This document shows, piece after piece, positions 53,788-62,338 of a DNA stretch of 64,000 nt (position 1 is its first letter; each line of letters opens with the position of its first letter). The notes beneath the pieces were generated by a model. The model had not been told where the DNA came from and searched no databases. It saw only the letters and a program-made list of their open reading frames with translations. Position numbers and translations under genes: made by a program. The DNA comes from a virus (Duplodnaviria > Caudoviricetes), in IMG/VR virus record IMGVR_UViG_3300028888_000002. One strand, written 5' to 3'.

Positions 53788-54350
53788 TACTTACCTTCCT
53801 TTTGTTCAACATACTGTTTAAGTGCTGCCAGGGCTGCACCGTCACCGTTGTCACGGTCATACAGGCGGGGGTCAAACGATTCTGCGTCCAGGGGCAACTT
53901 CACCTTGATTACACGACCCTTGACGTAATCGGCATAGTCGTAGCCGTCAAGCAGTTCGTGTGCTTCTTCCAGGGCGAGCGGTCCTGGCGTGTAATGCAGC
54001 AACCCCATTCCAAGCGGGTGTGAGCAGTTGTAGAGGGCACACAGGACCTCGTAGCGGTCAAGCCCCATATCCTTAAAGTTAATAAGTCCCATAGCGGTTT
54101 CCTTGCGTTTCTGTTGTTCTTTCATACGATATTCAAAGGGGTAGATAGCCTTGCAGACGACCTCGTTTTCAAAGTTCTTCTGCCAATAGCGTTCCTTGAA
54201 AAACCATTTCTTGCGGACGGCACAGCGGGCAGCGGAGCAATACATAGCTTCGTGGGATAGCCACAGGTTGTCTTTCAAGCGGTCGTTGCACCACTTGACG
54301 AAATCCTTGTAGGAAATATGCAGGTTGCTGTCAAGCACGGATTTATACAT
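53787..54350 (-). CDS. two-domain hypothetical protein, likely internal start at 54092
   Basis: Internal AAGGA RBS before MGLINF; C-domain VLCALYN...DYVKGRVIKV...YDRDNG. Confidence 0.6.
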   Translation of the reverse strand: MYKSVLDSNLHISYKDFVKWCNDRLKDNLWLSHEAMYCSAARCAVRKKWFFKERYWQKNFENEVVCKAIYPFEYRMKEQQKRKETAMGLINFKDMGLDRYEVLCALYNCSHPLGMGLLHYTPGPLALEEAHELLDGYDYADYVKGRVIKVKLPLDAESFDPRLYDRDNGDGAALAALKQYVEQKEGK

Positions 54351-55017
54351 TCTTGTCCTCCACGTTAATAGGCGGTAATTCCATAGACTTTTCGTCCATA
54401 AGGCACTTGACCCCGTAATCCCCAAGACGGAGTTCGGCATAGGCGTTCACTTCGGCTTTAGCCCTGGCTACGATTTTAGCCATATCCTCACGGAACCTGT
54501 CGTGGGCATACCGAATGCTTGCAGGGGAATTTTCACGGAAGCACCGCATACTATGGAGCAATTCTTTCATTTGCGTTTTACCCATAGGCTTGCCCGATTC
54601 AAGTGCCTGCTCAATTTCAGCTTCAAACCGCTTAATTCCGTCACGGAAATCGTTGAATTTCTCGTCAATGTGCTGCCCATATTCGTAGGCGAGGTTTTCC
54701 ATTTCAACGGGGGACGTGGGTTTACCGTGAATGCGGGTGATGGTGCAGGGCACTCCACTATCTACGTGACCCGCAGTGAGAAATTCTGCCCATTGGATAG
54801 GGGTCATTTCCACTTCAACAATAGCAGGGTTCTTTCCGTGGACGTGTCTATCGGTCGGGGTGCCACCCCAATTTGTCACAGATGCTTGACTGATACGAAT
54901 ATACACGGGGGAGTCGGTCTTGATTTCGGAGCCGAACATCGGCATCGGGGCACCGCATTGAAGTCGCCCCCAGGTAATCACGCCCATATAGTCTTTTTCA
55001 TAGGTCTTGTCGTTCAT
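54343..55017 (-). CDS. conserved-type phage hypothetical protein
   Basis: MFGS, IVEVEMT..QWAEF, GVPCTI; AACCGAGG RBS. Confidence 0.7.
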   Translation of the reverse strand: MNDKTYEKDYMGVITWGRLQCGAPMPMFGSEIKTDSPVYIRISQASVTNWGGTPTDRHVHGKNPAIVEVEMTPIQWAEFLTAGHVDSGVPCTITRIHGKPTSPVEMENLAYEYGQHIDEKFNDFRDGIKRFEAEIEQALESGKPMGKTQMKELLHSMRCFRENSPASIRYAHDRFREDMAKIVARAKAEVNAYAELRLGDYGVKCLMDEKSMELPPINVEDKNV

Positions 55018-55031
55018 AGGTGTTCCTCGGT

Positions 55032-55319
55032 TTAGCGTTCAAACATTTTATTCCAGGCAGGGTGCATTTCATACTTCGCCTTGAACTGCGATTTGGTAAG
55101 GTTCGGAACATTCAACCAATAGGTGCAGTTCCGTTCGTGCAAATACTTCGGAATGAAATCATATCCCCCGCTAGGGGAAATGGTCTTCACGTCAAAAAAC
55201 TTCGTCTTATTGTGACGAACAGCAAGGAAGGGTTCCCCCAAATCGGTGAGAACCACAATTTCCTTATGGGCGGGAGCCGTTTCAATCGGCTCCCAAACTT
55301 TCTTACGGGATTTAGACAT
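55032..55319 (-). CDS. DUF551-like small protein
   Basis: WEPIETAP....IVV...TYW. Confidence 0.6.
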   Translation of the reverse strand: MSKSRKKVWEPIETAPAHKEIVVLTDLGEPFLAVRHNKTKFFDVKTISPSGGYDFIPKYLHERNCTYWLNVPNLTKSQFKAKYEMHPAWNKMFER

Positions 55320-55584
55320 TAGTCACCCCCATTTGCTTATACAGAACTGCGTAAATCGTCCCTTCAACCGCAGAGTGTTCGCCCAAGATACGTGTAGCGA
55401 CACACTTCTTACCCGACGTAGTTTCGTAAACAGAAACGTAGTAGAGGCAAGTAATACCTGCTTTACCCTTTTTGGTAGTGAACGACCTGCCGTCAATCGT
55501 GAACTCAAAAATTCCGTTGGCATCGTCGCATTTCGTCATAACGATATTCTTGTAGAACCAATCGTTAAATTCGTTCCTATTCAT
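55312..55584 (-). CDS. early hypothetical protein
   Basis: Start MNRNEF after the cassette 7 RBS. Confidence 0.7.
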   Translation of the reverse strand: MNRNEFNDWFYKNIVMTKCDDANGIFEFTIDGRSFTTKKGKAGITCLYYVSVYETTSGKKCVATRILGEHSAVEGTIYAVLYKQMGVTNV

Positions 55585-55587
55585 TTT

Positions 55588-55680
55588 GCTATCCTCGGTT
55601 GAAGTGGTTGTCTTCTCTTTACGTCTATAATATAACAAATTACCTGCTCTTTGTAAACAGGTAATTTAAAATTTTTTAAA
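55588..55680 (-). promoter_or_regulatory. early promoter cassette copy 7
   Basis: TTTACA(55657-55652)-17bp-TATATT(55634-55629); AATTACCTG-N11-CAGGTAATT. Confidence 0.8.
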
Positions 55681-55681
55681 A

Positions 55682-56914
55682 TTATTTACGCAGGGCTGCG
55701 TATTCGTCGGGATAGGCTTTCTGTATCGCTTCTTCGGTAATCGTGTAGGTCTTAATCCCGTCGGCAGCATATACCTCGTTCAAGCGGGTCGCTGCGTCGG
55801 GATAAAGTTTCATAAGCACGTCTAGCTTCGTGTTGGGGTCTTCGCCATAGAGAGTAGCCAACCGCATAACGCCACACTTCATTTGCAGGTCGTAAAGTTC
55901 TGCACGGGTGAGTTTCTTCGGCTTCTGTTCTTTGGGGACGACCACGGCAGTTTCGTCGTGGGAGCCATCAGCAGCAGCGTCAAGGTGGACGCTTGACACC
56001 TGTTCAGCGGTAATAACGGGCTTACCCGTTTCTTCCACGACCTGCTTTGCTTCTTCCACGTTCTCAACCACGGGAAGTTCCTGGGGTTCTGCGGGCTTCA
56101 CTTCAAGCACGGTATCGTGGTCTTCAAGGAACCTCACGGATTCGGAAGCGTCCACGGTTTCGGGTTCTGCGGGCTTCGCCTTAATTTGCAGGTCAATATG
56201 GTCCACGGCATTGGTGGCAACCGCTTGAACGTCCACAGTAAGCGTCCCGTCTTCGGACAGGTCCTTGATTTCCTTGCTGACAACCTGCATTTCGGGGTGA
56301 ACCAGGGTGGTTACGGTTTCTGCTGTTTCCAGGACGCTTTCCTTGACATCTTCGGGAATGTCTGCGACGCTTACGGGTTCCTTTGGCGGGTAGTTCTCAT
56401 AAGACGGTGCCAGGGCTTCCAGGCATTCGGCTTCGTTCTTGATTAGCCCGCTAGGTATCGGGTCAAGAACACCCAGGGTTTCGTCCACAATCGGGGCTTC
56501 GGGTTCTTCCTGCGGTTCGGCTATCGGCTGTGCAATCGGTGGACCTGGGGGGATAGAGGTCTGCACACAGTCGGGACCCGCCAACAGGCAATCGCAGGTG
56601 TCCTGTTCCTTTTGTGACGGCTCCACCGTTTCTGCCTGCTTTTCGCAAACTTCGTCGGAGCCGAGGACATTGTTCAAGGCTTCCATAAGTTCTTCAAACG
56701 TAGTGCCCGTGAACGGCTTGTAAAGCACCATAATGTTGGTGAGTTCCAACATACCGTTATCGGCTTTCTTTTCGTCGTAGCAAAGCCCAAAGACAGGGTA
56801 TTCCCTGTGTTTAATCTTGCTGCCGTCTTCGGCAACCGTGCCCTTAACGTCAGCCTTGTAGTTGGCACGGGCAAAGTAGCGAAGGTCTTTGGATTGTTTC
56901 TTCGTAATGAGCAT
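55682..56914 (-). CDS. acidic Glu/Pro/Val-rich hypothetical protein
   Basis: Long low-complexity middle with folded-looking termini. Confidence 0.7.
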   Translation of the reverse strand: MLITKKQSKDLRYFARANYKADVKGTVAEDGSKIKHREYPVFGLCYDEKKADNGMLELTNIMVLYKPFTGTTFEELMEALNNVLGSDEVCEKQAETVEPSQKEQDTCDCLLAGPDCVQTSIPPGPPIAQPIAEPQEEPEAPIVDETLGVLDPIPSGLIKNEAECLEALAPSYENYPPKEPVSVADIPEDVKESVLETAETVTTLVHPEMQVVSKEIKDLSEDGTLTVDVQAVATNAVDHIDLQIKAKPAEPETVDASESVRFLEDHDTVLEVKPAEPQELPVVENVEEAKQVVEETGKPVITAEQVSSVHLDAAADGSHDETAVVVPKEQKPKKLTRAELYDLQMKCGVMRLATLYGEDPNTKLDVLMKLYPDAATRLNEVYAADGIKTYTITEEAIQKAYPDEYAALRK

Positions 56915-56918
56915 AGTC

Positions 56919-57767
56919 TTAAACTCCAATGTTGCCGTAAATGTAGAACGGACCCGTGAGTGCTTTCAAGCGGGCGTTCGCTTTTTCATAGTAGGTCTTG
57001 TCCGTTTCAAAACCTATAAACTTTCGCTTTTCCATAACCGCTGCGATAGCGGTTGTCCCGCTACCCATACAGTTGTCCAGGATTACTTCGCCTGGATTAG
57101 TGAACGTCCGTATAAGGTATCGGAGCAGTTCAACGGGCTTCTGCGTCGGGTGCAGGACCGTGGATTCGTGTTCACGCTGAATAGCGATAATGCTTCGGGG
57201 CAGCTTCTTACCGACGGGCACGGTCGCTTCAACACGCTTAACGCTATCGTATGTCCTGCCCTCGTAATCACGCCCGAAGTCCTTTTTGGGCGGGTCGCTC
57301 AAATTCAAATGTGCCCCGTAGCAGTTGTTGGTCTGCTTATGAGGACCGCTTCCACGGGAGTGGTTAATCGGACCGTCTTCATACTGCGGGTTGTAGGTCG
57401 GCAGGGACTTGTAGAACACGGCAATGTCTTCGTGGCAACGCATAGGCATTCGGTTGGCATTGAGAAAGCCCGTCACCCTGCACTTGTCCCATACCAGGTT
57501 GTAACGCCACAGCTTTTCGTTTGAGAGCATAAGTTTGGCGGTAAACATTCCCTGGCAAAACAACAGGATAGCCCCATTATCCTTGATTACACGTTCATAC
57601 TGTGCCCACAGCGGTTTAAAAGGAATAATCCTATCCCATTGGGCGTTCGGGTTATTCTTATGCAGGACTTCATAGGGCAAGTCACAAATAATAGCGTCAA
57701 TGCTGCCGTCGGGGATTTCTTTCATACCCTCAAGGCAGTCCATATTGTAAATTCGGTTTAGGTCCAT
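56919..57767 (-). CDS. DNA N6-adenine/N4-cytosine methyltransferase, beta class (MTase 4)
   Basis: DCLEGM, CDLPY, HPTQKP, DNCMGSGTT. Confidence 0.92.
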   Translation of the reverse strand: MDLNRIYNMDCLEGMKEIPDGSIDAIICDLPYEVLHKNNPNAQWDRIIPFKPLWAQYERVIKDNGAILLFCQGMFTAKLMLSNEKLWRYNLVWDKCRVTGFLNANRMPMRCHEDIAVFYKSLPTYNPQYEDGPINHSRGSGPHKQTNNCYGAHLNLSDPPKKDFGRDYEGRTYDSVKRVEATVPVGKKLPRSIIAIQREHESTVLHPTQKPVELLRYLIRTFTNPGEVILDNCMGSGTTAIAAVMEKRKFIGFETDKTYYEKANARLKALTGPFYIYGNIGV

Positions 57768-57791
57768 ATTACAAATATAGCAGTTTAGCGG

Positions 57792-58004
57792 TTAATCGTG
57801 ATACGGGACAGCGAACCACCACTTTACGGGAACTTGCAGGCAACGCCCGATATGCGGGGAAAAGACACTGAATCGCTGCGAGAAAAAATCATAGTAGCCC
57901 GTGCAGGGTTCGGAGCAGCCCTCAATGATTACCAGGTAAGACAGGGGCTTCGGGTCCATACTGCTAGGGCGAACGTCCTTAAACTTGTGCCAGGTTCCGA
58001 ACAT
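57792..58004 (-). CDS. DUF551-like small protein
   Basis: WHKFKDVRP...YLV...VKWW..VP. Confidence 0.55.
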   Translation of the reverse strand: MFGTWHKFKDVRPSSMDPKPLSYLVIIEGCSEPCTGYYDFFSQRFSVFSPHIGRCLQVPVKWWFAVPYHD

Positions 58005-58007
58005 AGG

Positions 58008-58442
58008 CTAATCCTTGTTTACGACCACCACGGGGGTCGCACTAATGAACGACGGGTTACGCCCGTAGCTATACTGCATAAGCAAATTCTTACGGTATTT
58101 GTTGACTTTCAAATAGACGTTCAACCAAATATGAAACCATTCAATAGGCGTGTGACGCACGGACATAGTTTTGTCCGTATCGGGGATAGGCATAGCCCCC
58201 ACGGTAAGAGGTCGCCCCGCCATATTCGGGTTGTTGCTGTATGACTGCGTGAGAGCCATCATAGCGTTGGCATAACGTTCACGCAATTCATACATAGCCA
58301 TTTTGTGCTTGAAGTCGGATTCGGCTTTGCACCGTTCAAAGCGGTCCACCTGGTCTTTAAGGACCGATGCCTGGTCTAGCAGCTTCCCTGCAAGTTCCAG
58401 GTGCGTGTCCAGGACTTGAATAAATTCTTTCGGTATAGGCAT
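58008..58442 (-). CDS. hypothetical protein
   Basis: ORF in packed array. Confidence 0.6.
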   Translation of the reverse strand: MPIPKEFIQVLDTHLELAGKLLDQASVLKDQVDRFERCKAESDFKHKMAMYELRERYANAMMALTQSYSNNPNMAGRPLTVGAMPIPDTDKTMSVRHTPIEWFHIWLNVYLKVNKYRKNLLMQYSYGRNPSFISATPVVVVNKD

Positions 58443-58453
58443 AGTTACCCCAT

Positions 58454-58651
58454 TTAAGCGTCTTCTTCATTGATAATCGTAATGGATTCAATACGTTCAA
58501 CGTCACGCTGTTGGAAAATCTTTTCAAAGAGTTTAGCCCTGTTTTCAGCCATACATTCCACCGTGTAGGCTTCACGCTTCACGCTTGCAGGGCGGTTCTG
58601 CGTGGCTGCTAACTTGTGGCAATCAATGAGGACATAAGTATAGTATTTCAT
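58454..58651 (-). CDS. hypothetical protein
   Basis: GGAG RBS. Confidence 0.55.
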   Translation of the reverse strand: MKYYTYVLIDCHKLAATQNRPASVKREAYTVECMAENRAKLFEKIFQQRDVERIESITIINEEDA

Positions 58652-58663
58652 AGCTGCTCCCTG

Positions 58664-59299
58664 TTATTTGATTAAAAGCACGTTATAAGCGTCCAAGCCC
58701 GAAGTAGTTTGATACGGGACACGCATACGGAAATCCCCACGAATCCCGCTAGTGTAGTCGTCGTCGGGGTTAAATTGAATAAGGCAGTAACCCCCGTCGC
58801 ACGGGTCCACGGTCCCCGTCAAGAACCGCATATCCCGCCCGTAGTTTTTGTTTATGCCCCACGCACTGTCTTCAACAAAGCAGTATTCGTGGTAGCCCCC
58901 TACACGGTCCAGGAACGCTTTGGTGTTCTGTAAATAACTGTCACGGATATTGTCGGTAGGGTTGGAATTAGCCTTACCCTGCGTGGCACCCATATAGCGG
59001 GCAGCGTCAATGAAATCGTCAATGGTCGGCAAACGCCAACCGTTCGGCAGTTCACTCAAAATGCGTTTAATAGCCGTGGTCGTGTAGTAGTAAACCCTGT
59101 CGGCAAAGTCCACGGCATAAACGCCCCGACCAAAGTCGTCAATGCTCAAACGTTTTGCAGTCCAGGTCTTGCCGTTAATCGCCACGGTTTCGGGGTTGAA
59201 ATCCTTTACAGGCGTGACGGGGTGACTATAAAGGGTATTGGCATACCCGATAAAGTCGGACATACCCATATTACTTACGAGGTTACAGTCTAATGCCAT
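58664..59299 (-). CDS. Fibrobacter succinogenes major paralogous (FISUMP)-like domain protein
   Basis: ETVAINGKTWTAKRL...YYYT...LPNGWRLPTIDDF matches the TVxIGxQxWMAENL...PxGWHLPSxxEW pattern. Confidence 0.65.
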   Translation of the reverse strand: MALDCNLVSNMGMSDFIGYANTLYSHPVTPVKDFNPETVAINGKTWTAKRLSIDDFGRGVYAVDFADRVYYYTTTAIKRILSELPNGWRLPTIDDFIDAARYMGATQGKANSNPTDNIRDSYLQNTKAFLDRVGGYHEYCFVEDSAWGINKNYGRDMRFLTGTVDPCDGGYCLIQFNPDDDYTSGIRGDFRMRVPYQTTSGLDAYNVLLIK

Positions 59300-59310
59300 A
59301 GAGCCACCGC

Positions 59311-59622
59311 CTAGTCAAAGAAACCAACTTCTGCCATAGCGTCCGTGACCAACTTCACCTGGTAGGCGTAGTTGTAGCCGTCCAGGTTCACGGTCTTGTG
59401 ACGGTTGCCCTGGGCGATATGGACCAGGAGGCACGGGCTTTTCGTGAAGTAGAAGTTCCAATGGTCAATAGCACCGTTCGGACGCTGTTCAACCCAATGT
59501 TCGGGCTTCCAACCCATAGTGTGCATAAGGTCTGCGACGAACACGACAATGGGCAGGTTCGGGTCCAGGAAGTTTTGGGTGATGCCGTTGGCGATTTCTG
59601 CGATTTCCTTGTTCATAGTCAT
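59311..59622 (-). CDS. hypothetical protein
   Basis: AACCGAGGATAGCACAATG RBS module. Confidence 0.65.
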   Translation of the reverse strand: MTMNKEIAEIANGITQNFLDPNLPIVVFVADLMHTMGWKPEHWVEQRPNGAIDHWNFYFTKSPCLLVHIAQGNRHKTVNLDGYNYAYQVKLVTDAMAEVGFFD

Positions 59623-59636
59623 TGTGCTATCCTCGG

Positions 59637-59960
59637 TTAGATATGGTTTTCCTTGACGAAAGTGCTGCTAGAGTAAATGGACGAAGCGATTGTGTTCACT
59701 GCGGTCAAGAGCGTGTCCTTGTCGTCAAGCTGTGCAGGAACCTTGAAATCCAGGATAGCCGTTCCGTTGACGGGACAATCGCTCAAATCCACGGGAACAC
59801 CGTTAGCCCTAAAGGAATGTGCAGTGAAACTCCAAACGCCTGCAAAAATGTCATAGCTTGCGTCAATGTAGAAAGCTGCGTTACGCTTCGTCGCCTTTGC
59901 GAACCACTGCTTGACCTGCTTTCCGTTACGGGTATATTTGAGAATTGTTTCTACTGCCAT
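59637..59960 (-). CDS. early hypothetical protein
   Basis: Start MAVETI after the cassette 8 RBS. Confidence 0.7.
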   Translation of the reverse strand: MAVETILKYTRNGKQVKQWFAKATKRNAAFYIDASYDIFAGVWSFTAHSFRANGVPVDLSDCPVNGTAILDFKVPAQLDDKDTLLTAVNTIASSIYSSSTFVKENHI

Positions 59961-59963
59961 TGG

Positions 59964-60045
59964 GCTATCCTCGGTTATTGGTTGTCTTTCTGCGTATAAT
60001 ATAACAAAATACCTGCCGTTCGTCAACAGGTATTGTTAAAATAAT
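59964..60045 (-). promoter_or_regulatory. early promoter cassette copy 8
   Basis: TTGACG(60026-60021)-17bp-TATATT(60003-59998); AATACCTG-N11-CAGGTATT. Confidence 0.8.
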
Positions 60046-60059
60046 ATGTTATATTTTTA

Positions 60060-61385
60060 TTACATACAGCAAATGTCTTGCCGTGTGAGCGGGCGACCGC
60101 AGACGGGGCAGGCTACGCCCTCAAGGTCGCTGTATGCGTCGTCCAGGTAGTCGTTGCAATCCGAAATATCCTCTACGGCACCCCTGTAATTATGGATTGA
60201 GCGGGATAGTGCCGAAAGTTCCCTGTCGGACCACTTGCACGGCTTCGGGGCTTTCAGCTTCGCAATTTTCCCCAGGGCGGTATCGGCAACGTCCAGGGTT
60301 TCAGTGACTTCTTCGTAGTTACGGATAGACTGCACTAGCGGACGCAGGCGACCTTCCCATTTGCACGGCTTCGGTTCCTGCAAGTCTTCCAGGGCGTTCA
60401 AAGCGGACCTGCACCGACGATAGCGGGTCACGACGGAGCCATACTGCGTGATAGAATCCGAAAGGGCTACAAGTTCCTTTTCCGTATGCTTCGGGGGCTT
60501 CGGGAACACCAGGGCACCCAACTTTTCAAGGGCGGGCGTTACACGGGCGAGAACACGGCAGGTCCCGACGTAGTTGTTGCAGACTTCAAGTTCCTTTTCC
60601 AATCCCTTGATTACTGCGGACTTGTCCCCGTTCTCAAGCCATTCGGGGATTTCGGGGTAGTTCTTGATAGCCTTGTAATCGTCAATCGTGCGTTTGAGTG
60701 CTTCCAACTTGCGGGTGAGTTCGTCAATCTTCGGCTGCGTAGCCTTTGCCTTTTCGTAAAGGTCTTCGGCTTTTTCCACCCAACTGAATGACCCCACGGA
60801 CTTTTCAAGACCCTCAACCGTTTCCTGTGCGGTGTTCACCAGGTCCGACGTGTCGGAAACCTTACGCTTTGCAAGCGTAAGAATATCGTCAACGCATTCA
60901 AGCCCCGCAAGTTCGTTCAAGTATTTGGACGCTTCGCCTGGTGTAGCTGCGAGCAGGAACGGTGCGTCAAACTGCTTCTGCACGGAAGCGTCTGCCAGGT
61001 TGAACAGCTTCGTGACGGCTTCGGGCACGTCGGTTCGGAGTGCTTCGTAAACCGTGTCGTCCACAATGTAGCCGTTAAAGGTGTTGGACCGCTTGCGTTC
61101 TACTACGTGACCGTCCACCACTATCGTCACGGACGTATATTCGTCGTCCTTGAACTTAATAGTGCTGCTTTCCTTTGTCGTCGGTTTCTTGCTAGGCTTC
61201 GTCTGCTTCTGTGCCCAATACGATACGAAGTCGTGCGGGGCTTCGTTGAAAAGGACCCAATAGAACGCACGTAGCACGGCTGTCTTGCCGTGGTTGGAAC
61301 CACCCTGCAAAACGGTGGAACGCCCCAGGTCCAATTCAAGGTCCTTGTGGCATTGGAAATTGTGCAATTTAATCTTTGTTATCAT
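60060..61385 (-). CDS. SbcC/Rad50 (gp46-like) N-terminal half: Walker A, Q-loop, coiled coil, zinc hook
   Basis: MITKIKLHNFQCH, GGSNHGKTAVLRA, VQKQFDAPFLL, ends CPVCGRPL. Confidence 0.85.
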   Translation of the reverse strand: MITKIKLHNFQCHKDLELDLGRSTVLQGGSNHGKTAVLRAFYWVLFNEAPHDFVSYWAQKQTKPSKKPTTKESSTIKFKDDEYTSVTIVVDGHVVERKRSNTFNGYIVDDTVYEALRTDVPEAVTKLFNLADASVQKQFDAPFLLAATPGEASKYLNELAGLECVDDILTLAKRKVSDTSDLVNTAQETVEGLEKSVGSFSWVEKAEDLYEKAKATQPKIDELTRKLEALKRTIDDYKAIKNYPEIPEWLENGDKSAVIKGLEKELEVCNNYVGTCRVLARVTPALEKLGALVFPKPPKHTEKELVALSDSITQYGSVVTRYRRCRSALNALEDLQEPKPCKWEGRLRPLVQSIRNYEEVTETLDVADTALGKIAKLKAPKPCKWSDRELSALSRSIHNYRGAVEDISDCNDYLDDAYSDLEGVACPVCGRPLTRQDICCM

Positions 61386-61410
61386 AATAGTATATAGTCG
61401 TGTAGCGTTA

Positions 61411-61614
61411 TTATTGCTGCGAACCCAACTGCATAAATTCGTGAAGTTTGCGTTGGCAGTCTTCGCACAGGTTATAGTTCACGTATGAATGTGCGTATTC
61501 TTCGTGGCAGTTGGACCAATCCGTATTCGCCACGACCTTTACAGAACCGCCCATATCCAGGGTGTTGTTGTATCGGGCGGGCTTGCTGTGACAGCGGGAG
61601 CATTCACCGTTCAT
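61411..61614 (-). CDS. small zinc-binding protein
   Basis: CSRC...LCEDC. Confidence 0.55.
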   Translation of the reverse strand: MNGECSRCHSKPARYNNTLDMGGSVKVVANTDWSNCHEEYAHSYVNYNLCEDCQRKLHEFMQLGSQQ

Positions 61615-61702
61615 AAAGACCCCTATTGGTTGCTAATGCAAAGGAACAGCATTCCTGCTGCCCCTAGAATGAACGCTAGTCCATACTGCAAGATTTTGAA
61701 AA

Positions 61703-62338
61703 TCACTTAATGAGTTCCTTCGGCAAAAGGCGTTCCCTGGTTTCGGGGTAGCGACAAATCAAGTAGCCACGGAGCATAGCGTAATAGACCTTGTAAAGAC
61801 CCTGTGCAGGACCGTAAATGTGCGTATCAATTTGGAAGAACGCACTCAAGAACGGCAGCAGCGGATTGTCTGCGTAACGCTTGACGGGTAAATCCTTCGT
61901 GTATTCGTCCATACACGGGAACATCACCAACGGACGTTCCGTTATAGCGACAACGCAAATGGGGGTTTTCTTATAGGCGTAGGTAAACTTCGTTACGCTT
62001 TTCAGCTTCTCAACGTTTTCAGTCAAGCCCAAACTCTTTGTAAGGCTGCGGGCGAAGTCTGCCAAGAAATTGAACTGTTCCTCGGAGCAGTCCATAAGGC
62101 TTTCAAGAATGCCCTGGGGCTTTTTATTACGCAAGCGTTCAAGCAGGCACTTGCCCAACTTCGTGACCTTGTAACCCCACGGGTCCGTTTCTTTCTTTGC
62201 GGGCTGTGCCTTGTCTTCAATATCCTTGCGACGCTTTACGCTCTTTTCAAGAGTCTTGCGACGTTCTGCAATCCTTTCAAAGACAGCCTTGTATTTAGGC
62301 TTTTCGTCTTTTACGGGTTTCTGTTTTTTGGTAGCCAT
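61703..62338 (-). CDS. hypothetical protein with basic N-terminus
   Basis: AACCGAGG RBS. Confidence 0.65.
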   Translation of the reverse strand: MATKKQKPVKDEKPKYKAVFERIAERRKTLEKSVKRRKDIEDKAQPAKKETDPWGYKVTKLGKCLLERLRNKKPQGILESLMDCSEEQFNFLADFARSLTKSLGLTENVEKLKSVTKFTYAYKKTPICVVAITERPLVMFPCMDEYTKDLPVKRYADNPLLPFLSAFFQIDTHIYGPAQGLYKVYYAMLRGYLICRYPETRERLLPKELIK

